Positions 38,511 through 51,084 are shown, counted from the whole stretch's first letter. The stretch is 63,611 nt of DNA, filler included, from Octopus bimaculoides (GCF_001194135.2; 8 parts of 7 records of this genome joined end to end with filler, not necessarily neighbours in it), one strand, 5' to 3'. A program made the numbers and translations. Notes: a model not told the origin generated them from the sequence alone.

Positions 38511-39361
38511 CTAAAGACATCACGTGATGGATCATCATGATAGAGTAACATCATCATCATCATCGTCATACAAGTGAGGCTGGTTCGTTTCCAGTTTTTT
38601 AAGAAAAACATATACAGCTATAAATAAATGTTACCTTACTTGGAAACAGGTGAGGGTTTGCAACAGGAAGAGCACCTGGCCGTAGGAAATTTGCTACCAA
38701 TAACTACCATCCAACCCATACAAAGAGCGAAAAGTGGATGTTAAATGATGATGGTGATTGTTTAATAAACAATCTGTTAATGAAGGAAAACTTAAATGAA
38801 TATGAGTAAGCTAAAATTATTGAAAAGCAAATGAATACTAATCAATCCAAATATCAGTCAACAATAAATATCAGATTATACAAATAATGATTTCTTATAT
38901 TAACCAATGATTATATCAATATTGGTTTGAAATTTTGGTTCAAGGCCAATAATTTCGGTGGGAGGGGGAAAGTCAATTACATTGACCTCAGTGGGCAACT
39001 GGTATTTATTTTATCATGGTGGCAAGTAATAAACACCATTCAAGCATGGGTCGATGCCAGCGCCGCCTGACTGGCTCCCCATGCCGGTGGCACGTAAAAA
39101 GCAACATGCGAATGTGGTGGTCAATTCCAGTACCACTTGACTGGCTTCCATGCTGGTGGCATGTAAAAAGCACCCACTACACTCTCAGAGTGGTTAGCAT
39201 TAGGAAGGGCATCCAGCTGTAGAAACCTTGCCATATCAGATTAAACTCTTGTGTTCCAATAACAAGGAAAAAATCTCGATACGAAAACGACTTATTATTT
39301 GTTATACTCACACGATGCTACAAGTTTGCAGAGAAGAATGTAGGGCCAATTGAATTAGTTC

Positions 39362-39580
39362 TATTGTGCTGAGTCAAAGGTTTTGCAATATTTTGGTAGC
39401 TTATTTGGTTTATTCATCATGTTACAAAAAAAGCAGCCTGGCATTCAAAGTAGAGGCCATCATGTTGCACAGTCTGAAGCCACATTTCTGCCAGTTCTTT
39501 GATACCATGCTGATATCAGTTCTTGTCTTTCAAGGCAAAGAACTCCTTCACTGAACGAACAACTCAGGAACAGAAAAGAA
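39362..39580 (-). mobile_element. Mariner 3' fragment
   Basis: Minus frame VKEFFALKDKN*YQHGIKELAEMWLQTVQHDGLYFE followed by a TIR-like end. Confidence 0.7.
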
Positions 39581-40626
39581 TCAAAATGATGACACACCCA
39601 GCTCCCTCGGATTATTCTTCCAATCCATGACTCATTTCTTGTGCTTATGATACTTCATCCACCAAGAAAAAGTGGAAGCTTAGTGAAGAAGTTTACCCAA
39701 AAGCATGTTGAGGTGTGGCGGGGGGCAAGGATAGGGGATAGGTGTATTGAAGGGCAGATGGTGGAGGTGATGGTTGTGGTGGTGGTGGTGGTGGTGGTGN
39801 NNNNNNNNNNNNNNNNNNNNNNNNNNNNNNNNNNNNNNNNNNNNNNNNNNNNNNNNNNNNNNNNNNNNNNNNNNNNNNNNNNNNNNNNNNNNNNNNNNNN
39901 NNNNNNNNNNNNNNNNNNNNNNNNNNNNNNNNNNNNNNNNNNNNNNNNNNNNNNNNNNNNNNNNNNNNNNNNNNNNNNNNNNNNNNNNNNNNNNNNNNNN
40001 NNNNNNNNNNNNNNNNNNNNNNNNNNNNNNNNNNNNNNNNNNNNNNNNNNNNNNNNNNNNNNNNNNNNNNNNNNNNNNNNNNNNNNNNNNNNNNNNNNNN
40101 NNNNNNNNNNNNNNNNNNNNNNNNNNNNNNNNNNNNNNNNNNNNNNNNNNNNNNNNNNNNNNNNNNNNNNNNNNNNNNNNNNNNNNNNNNNNNNNNNNNN
40201 NNNNNNNNNNNNNNNNNNNNNNNNNNNNNNNNNNNNNNNNNNNNNNNNNNNNNNNNNNNNNNNNNNNNNNNNNNNNNNNNNNNNNNNNNNNNNNNNNNNN
40301 NNNNNNNNNNNNNNNNNNNNNNNNNNNNNNNNNNNNNNNNNNNNNNNNNNNNNNNNNNNNNNNNNNNNNNNNNNNNNNNNNNNNNNNNNNNNNNNNNNNN
40401 NNNNNNNNNNNNNNNNNNNNNNNNNNNNNNNNNNNNNNNNNNNNNNNNNNNNNNNNNNNNNNNNNNNNNNNNNNNNNNNNNNNNNNNNNNNNNNNNNNNN
40501 NNNNNNNNNNNNNNNNNNNNNNNNNNNNNNNNNNNNNNNNNNNNNNNNNNNNNNNNNNNNNNNNNNNNNNNNNNNNNNNNNNNNNNNNNNNNNNNNNNNN
40601 NNNNNNNNNNNNNTTCTCTCTCTCAC

Positions 40627-40664
<38 letters not shown>

Positions 40665-40773
40665 GAAGGTTTAGATTTAGATTCAAGATTGAATATGGTA
40701 CTTATGCGTAGGCACCAGAATATCGTATGGTATGGTATTATACAAAAACCATTCCAAAAGGATAGGTGATCAA

Positions 40774-40926
40774 AAAATCAAAATAAGCAACACGGATTTC
40801 AAAGATGATTGCAGTACGCACGTTTCGTGCTACTCCATTCATGCTCGCATTACTTAAATAAATGGAGTAGCATGAAACGTGCGTACTGCAATCATCTTTG
40901 AAATACGTGTTGCTTATTTTGATTTT
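40774..40926. repeat. Near-perfect inverted repeat (66-bp arms, 21-nt spacer)
   Basis: Arms 40774-40839 and 40861-40926 have 2 mismatches. Confidence 0.9.
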
Positions 40927-40979
40927 ATATATATATAGATGTGTGTGTGTGTGTGTGTGTGTGTGTGGTGTGTATATAT

Positions 40980-41108
40980 ATAGTTACCCAAGGTTTTGCG
41001 CACACAATGCAAAGCCTTGTGGACAGCTTGTCAGATACTATATATAGAGTCAGACAAGCTGTCCAGAAGGTCCTGCTTTGTGAACATGAAACCTTGGGTA
41101 ACACTATA
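40980..41108. repeat. Imperfect palindrome / small MITE
   Basis: gttacccaaggttt / aaaccttgggtaac termini; inner ggacagcttgtc / gacaagctgtcc. Confidence 0.7.
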
Positions 41109-41244
41109 TAAAATTTTGTTATATATATATATATATTCTGTTACTTGTTTCAGTCCAACATATGTTTCTGTGCATAGAAAGTATTGTGTATATATTCTGT
41201 AAGAAACTAATTTTGAAGATATATAACTCTCCATTCTTTTCTAT

Positions 41245-41830
41245 ATCTTATATATAAGACCCCGCTAAACAAGTGAGACCATAACCCGTGGCCTTTACCA
41301 GGGAGCCAGCCCACTTATGCATACCTTTCCTTCATTGAGCACTAAACTCTGCTTGCGAAGACCTGTTGGGGCAAGTGAAATCGAAATTGAACCAAATTCG
41401 ATGACTGGCACCCATGCCAGTGAAGCGCTAACAGCTCCATCCAAGCGTGATCATTGCCAGAGCAGCTGTCTGGCTTCCGTGCCAGTGGCACTTAAAAAGC
41501 ACCATTTGAGCATGATCGTTACCAGCGTCACCTTACTGGCACGTGAAAAAACATTCAAGTGAGGTTGTTGCCAGTGGCACTGGACTGGCTCCTGTGCAGG
41601 TGGCACGTAAAAAACACCATTTGAGTGTGGCCGTTGCCAGAACCGCTAGACTGGCCCTCATGCCGGTGGCATGTAAAAGCACCCACTATACTCTCGGAGT
41701 GGTTGGCGTTAGGAAGGGCATCCAGCTGTAGAAACCTTGCCAGATCAGATTGGAGCCTGGTGCAGTCATCCGGTTCACCAGTCCTCAGTCAAATCGTCCA
41801 ACCCATGCTAGCATGGAAAGTGGACTTTAA

Positions 41831-41889
<59 letters not shown>
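41245..41889 (+). mobile_element. RTE LINE 3'UTR with ~60-bp degenerate subrepeats and (GAT)n tail
   Basis: gtggcacgtaaaaagcaccatttgag-like unit x4, then ttaggaagggcatccagctgtagaaa and (GAT)n at 41833-41889. Confidence 0.85.
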
Positions 41890-42281
41890 AAGATGAGGAA
41901 TATAATATTCAGGAAGATAATGAATTTCTCTTAGTAAAATGCCAAGGCTGGTTCCTTCAGATGATGTGTTTTTTGGTAAACTTCCTTTAGCTCCCATCCG
42001 ATGTTATAGTCTACTTCTCGGCTACTTAGAGTGTAAAGTACAATATTGATAATAAGGGAGAATAAAGAATTTGAACATTCAAACTTGGGTAACTCTACAT
42101 GAGTACAGCCCTTTCCTTAAGACCAATTCCAGAAAAAAAACAAAAATAATTTGTTTAAACCTCTTATATACCAGCCAGTGAGGCAGACCCTATGTGGTTA
42201 TCCAGTCTTCTGGAAATAGCAGCCAAATCTCTCTCAGATCACACCCACTTGCAAAAAAGAATGATTTTGAAAAATATAGTC

Positions 42282-42614
42282 CAGAGGTTCTCAACCATTT
42301 TTTGTCTATGAACCCCTTTGATTACTATTTTATTCTGGTGGACCTTCATAGAAACTTCTTTCAGAGTTCTTATTTTTTTTTTACCACACATTAACTTATG
42401 TAGGCTGAACTATGTAAAACATTCCAGAAAGAAATCTGTTTCTAACAATACATACCAATACATACATCGAAAGGAAAATTTTTCAGGAGCCCTTAAAATA
42501 CTGTTTTGGATCCCTAATTTACTATTTTCTTGTGTGGACCCCCCCAAAATCCTATATGGACCTTCAGGCACTATATGGACCCTCAGGTGCCATATGGACC
42601 CTTAAGAACCACTG
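42282..42614. mobile_element. hAT-type MITE
   Basis: TIR cagaggttctcaa / ttaagaaccactg; 8-bp TSD atatagtc / atgtagtc; three subterminal atatggacc repeats. Confidence 0.85.
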
Positions 42615-44460
42615 ATGTAGTCCTAGATATATCATGCATAAAAATAAGATGGTAGGGTCATAGCTAGACCACCTGTGATCATAACCTTTCTAAATAAAGA
42701 TTAGCCTAGGGTTAAACAACAACACCTTCCAGATACACTGTGATATGTTTTGCATAAGGGTTAAAGAATAAGGAAGGGAAACTGGGAGTTTAAAGACAAA
42801 ATTTACGGTAAAAATTTGTAACAACAATCCACCCCTAATGAGAGGGCACAAATTCTTTGTACTAATCAATTGATGTCACCAACAAAGATCAAAAAACCCT
42901 TTAAATGAAATATTACCAACCTAGGAAGGTTATTTGATTTAAGCAGCTAACATCACTCTTCCTCACAATATAATTATTTAATTTAAAACATCTGAGAAAC
43001 AATCAGTTTTTTTTTTTTATATTTTGCTTTTTTTTTTTTTAATAAGCAACATCTTTATATAATTATAACCTCGTGCTTGTCTAACTAATAGAGATAATTA
43101 ATGAGTTTGTCATGAGATATTTAACACCAGAAAGAAAAAAAGGAAGTAGCTGTAAGCACCTAAAATTGAAATGGCAAAAGGAATACAAAACTAAACATGA
43201 AAACAACCAACGTTTGAAGTATGCTTAAGAGGGAGATTAAAAAACTAGCTTGAAAAAACAGATTTTCTCACTGCTTTAAGTACTTTTAAAGTTAAGGAAG
43301 TCAAACGAGACAAACTTATGAAGTCATCGCTCTCTTAGTGGAACAGATATTTCTGGATAGGATAAAGAAAGTAAGATTGCTAATATTTATGCAAAAGGAG
43401 AAACGTTATTTATATTCAAATGTTAATATTATTGACAAATTCTATAAAAACTGGAACAGACTTATTTGTCAAAATTCTCAAGGTGAAATTCATGAAGTAT
43501 GTGTATATAGAACATATGTATATCTATATCTATCTATCTATCTGTCTGTCTGTCTGTCTGGCTGGCTGGCTGGCTATGTGATAAGAAGCTTGCTTCCCAA
43601 TCACAAGGTTCCAGGTTCAGTCCCACTGCGGCAAGTGTTTTCTACTATAACCTCGGGCCGAGCAAAGCCTTGTGAGTGGATTTGGTAGATGAAAACTGAA
43701 AGAAGCCTGTTGCATACATATATATATATATATATATANNNNNNNNNNNNNNNNNNNNNNNNNNNNNNNNNNNNNNNNNNNNNNNNNNNNNNNNNNNNNN
43801 NNNNNNNNNNNNNNNNNNNNNNNNNNNNNNNNNNNNNNNNNNNNNNNNNNNNNNNNNNNNNNNNNNNNNNNNNNNNNNNNNNNNNNNNNNNNNNNNNNNN
43901 NNNNNNNNNNNNNNNNNNNNNNNNNNNNNNNNNNNNNNNNNNNNNNNNNNNNNNNNNNNNNNNNNNNNNNNNNNNNNNNNNNNNNNNNNNNNNNNNNNNN
44001 NNNNNNNNNNNNNNNNNNNNNNNNNNNNNNNNNNNNNNNNNNNNNNNNNNNNNNNNNNNNNNNNNNNNNNNNNNNNNNNNNNNNNNNNNNNNNNNNNNNN
44101 NNNNNNNNNNNNNNNNNNNNNNNNNNNNNNNNNNNNNNNNNNNNNNNNNNNNNNNNNNNNNNNNNNNNNNNNNNNNNNNNNNNNNNNNNNNNNNNNNNNN
44201 NNNNNNNNNNNNNNNNNNNNNNNNNNNNNNNNNNNNNNNNNNNNNNNNNNNNNNNNNNNNNNNNNNNNNNNNNNNNNNNNNNNNNNNNNNNNNNNNNNNN
44301 NNNNNNNNNNNNNNNNNNNNNNNNNNNNNNNNNNNNNNNNNNNNNNNNNNNNNNNNNNNNNNNNNNNNNNNNNNNNNNNNNNNNNNNNNNNNNNNNNNNN
44401 NNNNNNNNNNNNNNNNNNNNNNNNNNNNNNNNNNNNNNNNNTATATATATATATATATAT

Positions 44461-44650
44461 ATGAAGTATAAGGAAAGAAAAAATTGTAGGTATAGACAAT
44501 CTTTAATTCATAATCCAGGTTGGTAGAGATCCATTTATCGGCTTTTGCTTGTTGGCCACCTACAGAATTTATATTAGACCTGCACCAACTTGGATTCTGA
44601 ATTAAAGATCGTCTACACCTACAATTTTTTTCCTTTCCTTAGACTTCATT
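44461..44650. mobile_element. MITE-like inverted repeat (~65-bp arms)
   Basis: atgaagtataaggaaagaaaaaattgtaggtatagac... pairs with ...gtctacacctacaatttttttcctttccttagacttcat. Confidence 0.75.
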
Positions 44651-44980
44651 TACTGGTTTTGCAAATATTGAATATATATTTTTATATATATTCTTTACTT
44701 GGACTGTACTGGCAGACTTGAATGTTTGACATCCCTTTGGAGGAGTTCGGTCCTCACCTCTTTTACATACCTATCATCATTTTAACATTCACTTTTCCAT
44801 GCTCAAATGGGTCAGAAGGAATTCACCACAGCAGTTTATTAGCCTTGGCAAAATTTGAACTCTGAGTGCCCTGAATCAAAACACAGACCTTGAGGTAGTC
44901 ATTCTATCCAATACACTAATGACTCGGCCAATTTGCCACCTTATCTTGTAGAACAATTTTTTAAAAGCAATAATTTTCAT

Positions 44981-45170
44981 GTGTTGGGCCTCACAGAGGC
45001 AAGGTGGCTGAGTTTCTTTCGAGCATTGGGCCCCATGGAAGCAAAGTGGCTGAGTTCCTTTCGAGTGTTGGACCTCACAGAGGCAAGGTGGCTGAGTTCC
45101 TTTCGAGCATTGGGCCCCATAGGAGCAAAGTGGCTGAGTTCCTTTCGAGTGTTGGGCCTCACGGAGGCAA
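44981..45170 (+). repeat. 42-bp minisatellite with 84-bp higher-order dimer (A-B-A-B-A')
   Basis: Units start at 44981, 45023, 45065, 45107 and 45149; they run into an RTE ORF end and 3' tail (45150-45445). Confidence 0.9.
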
Positions 45171-45489
45171 TGACCAAGACCTTTGGCATTATGTCGTGCT
45201 TGAGAAGAAGACCCATCAAGCTGAGCAAAATCGCAGTTGTGGCAGCTACCAGTGTCACACACACGGCATGTAAAAACACCCGTTACACCCTCAGAGTGAT
45301 TGGTGTTAGGAAGGGCATCCAACCAAAGAAAACCATGCCAAATCAGACTGGAGTCTGGTGCAGCCTTCCAGTGTGCCAGCCCAGTCAAACCGTCCAACCC
45401 ATGCCAGCAATCACAACAGATGTGAAATGATGACGATGATGATGATAAAATGTAAATAGAATTTCCATCTGAAAATGCTATTTAAGGTG

Positions 45490-46015
45490 CAGGTATGGCT
45501 ATACGGTATGTACTTTGTTTCCCAACCACATGGTTCTGGGTTCAGTCCCATTGCGTGGCACTGTGGATAAGTGATATCTACTTCAGCCCTAAGACAACCA
45601 AAACCTGGAGTCACTAGCACAGCTAGAGTGTGTGCCTCCTGAAGCAGCCCTTCTATTTGCCACCCCCAGACCCCACAAAAAATACATATTGCCTACAGCA
45701 GACCCAAAAGTGCCACCCAGGGCAGACCACCCCCTACCACACCGCCCCTCCTCCCCCCATTTACGCCAGTACCCTGAGTGTAGATTTGGTAAATGGAAAG
45801 TGAAAGAAGCCTGTTAAGTGAGGGGTGGAGTGTCTTTGCTTGTCCCCCTCCACTGCTTGACAACTGGTGTTGGTTTGTTTACATTCCCATAACTTATCTT
45901 CAGCAAAAGAACCTGATAAAATAAGTACATGGGTCAATATGTTTGACTAATCCCTTGTAGGTGGTGCCCCTATGTATTTGCAGTTCAATGACTTAAATCA
46001 AGTAAATGATAAAAG
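45490..46015 (+). mobile_element. SINE family A interrupted by a GC-rich ~170-bp insert
   Basis: Head 45490-45600; insert ~45612-45775 with degenerate cagtggcgtagc-like ends; SINE resumes at tgagtgtagatttggta. Confidence 0.65.
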
Positions 46016-46487
46016 AGAGAATTGAAAAATTTTGTCACAATTCCAGAATGCAACATCGTTGACAGTCTTGTCACTTTTATAAGAAAAACCATTAAGAATT
46101 TTTCCTCTTCCCAACACAAACTTCTTCTCTGCTACAAACTGAAATAAATATTATCGAGCAGACAAGTAAAGACCTAGTGAATTCTGAACTATATTGATTG
46201 ATTAGTTAATGAGGAGTTTTGATGTCCATAAAAATATATTAAGCAACAATCAAAAATCATACGATTGTTGACTAAAGATATTACTCGACAAAATAATATA
46301 TTTACAAAATTATTCTATGATATATATTGTCATTTTGTTGAAAAGGTGTTTGATTAAATGTCACTCAATAAAAATGTTATGTTACCACATTTCCAGATTA
46401 GTGACGCTTACAAAGAGCAAGATACAAGAAGATAAATCGGTAACAGCCAATGGGAGATGTTCAAATGTAGAAACGCATCCGTGGGAT

Positions 46488-46906
46488 ACTCTTTTACTCT
46501 TTTACTTGCTTCAGTCATTTGACTGTGGCCATTCTGGAGCACCACCTTTTTAGTCGATCAAATCAACCCCAGGACTTATTCTTTGGAAGCCTAGTACTTA
46601 TTCTATCGTTCTCTTTTGCCGAACCGCTAAGTTACGGGGACGTAAACACACCACCATCGGTTGTCAAGCGATATTGGGGGGACAAACACAGACACACAAA
46701 CATACACACACACACACATACATATACATATATACATATATATGACGGGCTTCTTTTCAGTTTTCCGTCTACCAAATCCACTCACAAGGCTTGGCCAGCC
46801 TGAGGCTATAGCAGAAGACACTTGCCCAAGGTGCCACACAGAGGGATTGAAACCGGAACCATGTGGTTTGTAAACAAGCTACTTACCACACAGCCACTCC
46901 TACACC
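46488..46906 (-). mobile_element. Full-length tRNA-derived SINE family A
   Basis: 5' ggtgtaggagtggctgtgtggtaag (A box)...ggtttcaatccc (B box), caccttgggcaagtgtctt (CORE-like start), internal (TA/TG)n, 3' gaaacaagtaaaagagtaaaagag. Confidence 0.92.
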
Positions 46907-47104
46907 TGTAGAATAAAAGAGAAATCATTGACATAATTCTATATAAGAGTTCAAAATAGCTGTGCCTCAATGTTGCCAATCAGACACATATTTAAAAAAT
47001 TAACTTATATCGAGAAAACAGCTGAAATAGTATGCTTTTCATACCATCTGGATTTAAATGCTTCCGAAGATATTCTGGAAACATTTCTTCATTAGCAACA
47101 CCAA

Positions 47105-47315
47105 AATTCTTTTCGTATACTGGTTTCAAATTTTGGCAAAAGGCCAGTAATTTCTGAGGAAGGGGTAAGTTGATTATATTGATCCTAGTCTTCAACTGGT
47201 ACTTATTTTGTTGACCCCAAAAGATTGAAAGGCAAAGTCAACCTCAGCAAAATTTGAACTCAGAACATGAAGCATTTTGCCCGGAATATTAACAATTCTG
47301 TCATTTTGCTACCTT
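47105..47315 (-). mobile_element. SINE family M, CpG-decayed
   Basis: caactggtacttattttgttgacccc...aaggcaaagtcaacctcagcaaaatttgaactcagaac. Confidence 0.8.
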
Positions 47316-48491
47316 AACTTCTTTTAGTATATTGGCAATGTAATTTTTCTTCCTATGGACACAAAATTTATATGCCAGAACAATATATAAAGAAAAATAT
47401 CAGAACTCGAAAATAACATATTTTTTATATTATATGATAATTTTATCAAGAAGAAAATAATTCTAGAACAACAATTTTTTTTTTTTAAATCTCTTTGACC
47501 TATTATGACATTTTTTAAAATGTCAACAACCTAAAAATGTGTGTTTAACAAATTGATTTACAATAACAATAATAACAGCCATGCATACAGGAAAATATGT
47601 ATTTGAAAAACCCCTTTTGGCATTGAATAACAAATGTCAATCATATAGCATACACATAACAAACCCACCACAGCACAAATAATATAAAATTATTGAGATA
47701 TTTAATTTTAACAAATAATTCCTTTTTATTTAATTTGCTTTCACTTTTTTTTTTATTATGTTTTTTTTTTTTTTGTCACAGACAAAACATTTGAAACGTG
47801 TTACTAATCAATCTCACTCAAGGATATGATTGTACTCAGACGCAAATTAAACAACAAAAGACATATGCTATTTAGAAAATCATCTGCAATTCCCATTAGT
47901 TAGTCATCAATTACTAGTTGTAATGTAACAGTAAAGACAGCTTTAAAGAGAAAAATAGCTTTGTCAAGCTGACCTAGAATATATTACAGCATCAAAATGC
48001 TCTTTACAAATCAATGATATTTCGTAATATGTTTACATTATCAAAAAATAATAATAGCCAGGATGTGTTTGAGTAGATCGTGAATTCATACAGTTTACAT
48101 TTCAAGTTGACTTGAAGATTAAACATTTTAACAAACTAAACAATGGAAAGCAATAAAATACTTTGTTTTATTATTTGGTAAAATGGGACAGACAAGTATG
48201 TACAAATGGCAGTGATCCAAATTCTATCATGTTTGAGGGTTCATGTTTATGCATTGAAGAATCACAAGATTCAAAATTGATTTTCAGTTCTACAGACTAT
48301 ATAATAAGCATCAGAAATATACTGAAACTGAACAAAATCAACAACACTCTGTTCATTCCATTAAAAGTCCTTTTTTTCCATGTTGGATGATTTGACAGGA
48401 CCTGGCAACGCTGGCAATCTGCACCAGGTTCCATTGTCTGTTTTGGCATGGTTTCTACAGCTGGGTCCCCTCCTAACACCAACCACTTTAA

Positions 48492-48801
48492 GTCTTTCGT
48501 TACATATTTCTGTTGAGATGCTCTGTGTTTCTTTCAATTAATTTTAAATATAACAAAGAATTTAATAAAATAACTTAGTTATCAATAAGCTAGTGTTAGG
48601 AACATAAACTGTGACTAAGGTTTGGTGGAAGATTTTAATTCAGAACTTATGAAAACAAGACAATTGTACTACAGAGCTAAAGGTAGTTTCAGACAGGTTT
48701 GTATCGAAAGGGTCAAATTAATCATTTGATAACCCTTTTGCTACCATATTTCCGTTGAGATGTTCTGTGTTTCTTTCAATTAATTTGAAATATAACAAAG
48801 A
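48492..48801. mobile_element. piggyBac-like MITE plus start of a second tandem copy
   Basis: ttaa|(cc)ctttcgttac...gtatcgaaaggg|tcaa (48492-48712); a second copy from 48733 repeats ccatatttccgttgagatg...aacaaaga up to the gap. Confidence 0.6.
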
Positions 48802-48901
48802 NNNNNNNNNNNNNNNNNNNNNNNNNNNNNNNNNNNNNNNNNNNNTTAATTAATTAANNNNNNNNNNNNNNNNNNNNNNNNNNNNNNNNNNNNNNNNNNN
48901 N

Positions 48902-49727
48902 ATTAGACTTCGAACACGAACCATTTGACTCGTGTCTCGCATGTTGTCTGGTCATTCTGCCGGTGATAGTCCGACCTTTGTGCGATATATAATTTTTATC
49001 TTACTAAAATTGACTTGAAACCATGGTACAGAATATAGATTGGTAAATGTTTTTATTTTTCATTCCCTTTCGAAATTATCCCTACTTTTGTGGTATGTAG
49101 TCTTTTGCTGCTATTTCTAGCGGGTTAGATGTCCTATTAAAGGCATCTCTGTATTTTAAATGTATAATACATAGTCTATTGACTGTTCTTTACTCTGGCT
49201 AGACCACTGGTGGTAAATAAAATTTCTAAAATTTTTTTGCTACCCTGTAATTTATTAATAATGATAAAAAATTTTTTTGGCTAATTTCTGAAAGAAAATC
49301 GGCATTTGTGTATTTACTGCCGAATAGGTAAACCACAAATACACAGTAAATTTGGAAAATTAGACATTCGAACACGAACCATGCTCCCTATTTGACTCGT
49401 GTCTCGCATGTTGTCTGGTCATTCTGCCGATGATAGTCCGACCTTTGTGAGATATATAATTTTTATCTTACTAAAATTGACTTGAAACCATGGTACAGAA
49501 TATACATTGGTAAATGTTTTTATCTTTCATTCCCTTTCGAAATTATCCCTACTTTTGCGGTATGTAGTCTTTTGCTGCTATTTCTAGCGGGTTAGATGTC
49601 CTATTACAGGCATCTCTGTATTTTAAATGAATAATACATAGTCTATTGACTGTGCTTTACTCTCGCTAGACCACTGGTGGTAAAAAAAATTTCTAACATT
49701 TTTTTGCTACCCTGTAATTTATTAATA
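48902..49727 (+). repeat. ~457-bp tandem repeat (1.8 copies), each unit carrying a hammerhead-like motif
   Basis: Units start at 48902 and 49359 with high identity. Motif ATTCTG-CCG(G/A)TGA-T-AGTC..GACT-T-GAAA-CCATGG-TA-CAGAAT at 48954-49034 and 49421-49501. Confidence 0.8.
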
Positions 49728-50323
49728 TATATATACATATATGTATATATATACAAATTAAAAAGGGTAAAGGATTATCAATTTATTAATGCATTAATAA
49801 ATCAACAATTAATAATTAATAATTTTTACCAAGCTCATCGGTATGTAAGCACAATTATTGGTGGATATCTTATTTAAAAGTTCATATATATTTATAAACA
49901 TAATTAAGGGATCAGCAAATATTTGCTTCACCATACATCGAAGTTCAGAAATAGCAGCTAAAAAAGCTGAGACTCCCACAGATAGCATCACTTGTAACCC
50001 ACAAAGGCAAAAACAAGAAGAAAAAACAATGAAAACTAACCATTTCGAAATTATGAATTATTAATTGTTGATTTATTAATGAATTAATAAATTGATAATC
50101 CTTTACCCTTTTTAATTTGTAATAATTATTCACTCCCTGTTAGTATACGCAGATTCTCTGCGGTATCACTTGTCGCGCACATGGTAATTTCTTGAAGGAA
50201 GGACAGTTAGACTGGCTGACCGAGGTGGATTCGGTTATGCTTTCAGATCTGTGTCGATGTGGAATGTTACTCGTTCATGCTTGCACAGTTTGCTAGCATA
50301 GTCGAATTTACTGCTGGAATACA

Positions 50324-50373
50324 GTATTGATGAAGGAAATTGAGTATCACTCATAATCCAGAAACGCGTCTAC
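50324..50373 (+). ncRNA. Hammerhead-like motif (C3U variant)
   Basis: GTA-TTGATGA-A-GGA..(TGAGT/ACTCA inner hairpin)..TCC-A-GAAAC-GC-GT-C-TAC; palindromic stem III ACGCGT; GUC triplet. Confidence 0.6.
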
Positions 50374-51021
50374 GGTTAATCTTCGAAATGGTTAGTTTTC
50401 ATTGTTTTTTCTTNNNNNNNNNNNNNNNNNNNNNNNNNNNNNNNNNNNNNNNNNNNNTTAATTAATTAANNNNNNNNNNNNNNNNNNNNNNNNNNNNNNN
50501 NNNNNNNNNNNNNATGTTTTGGATAAAAGATTCAAACTTACCGCCAGGCTGTTCCAAGAATTATGGCTAATTATAGCAGTTCTTGAGAACTGCTCTAGTT
50601 CCGGTCAGAACCAGCTAACAAAGAGATAGAGAGGTGGGGGCCATGCTATTATCAGAATGCATTACTTCCTATGATAAATTTGTGGAATCACTGACAGAGA
50701 GAGGAAGGGGTACAAAATATATATGCTATCGGTCTTAGCATATCTCACTAAGAGAGAGAGAGAGAGAGAAGCGGGGGGGAAGGAAGGAAGGACAAACTAA
50801 CATATGCTGGATTCTCATTGCATACCCTTCTCAAAGCTTTTACTAGTCACTGAGAGAGGGGAAGAGGAGACAGAATATTTCGAAAACTGGACGGATTATA
50901 TTTTGCAAGAAAGTAACTATTTTATCTAATTTTCCGATTATATAATAGGACATGCGGCGCATAGTTTGCATGGCTGAGACTGCACACATACACACACACA
51001 CACAGGTAGATAAATAGGCAA

Positions 51022-51023
51022 AC

Positions 51024-51073
<50 letters not shown>

Positions 51074-51084
51074 ATAGATAGATG

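Noticed and set aside
44876-45430. Three or four overlapping ORFs of 89-173 aa
   Set aside because: Openness follows from a stop-free 42-bp repeat unit plus an RTE tail.
50843-50980. Possible minus-strand terminal exon VSAMQTMRRMSYYIIGKLDK...
   Set aside because: The acceptor is a (TG)n run and the frame is short, with no independent support.
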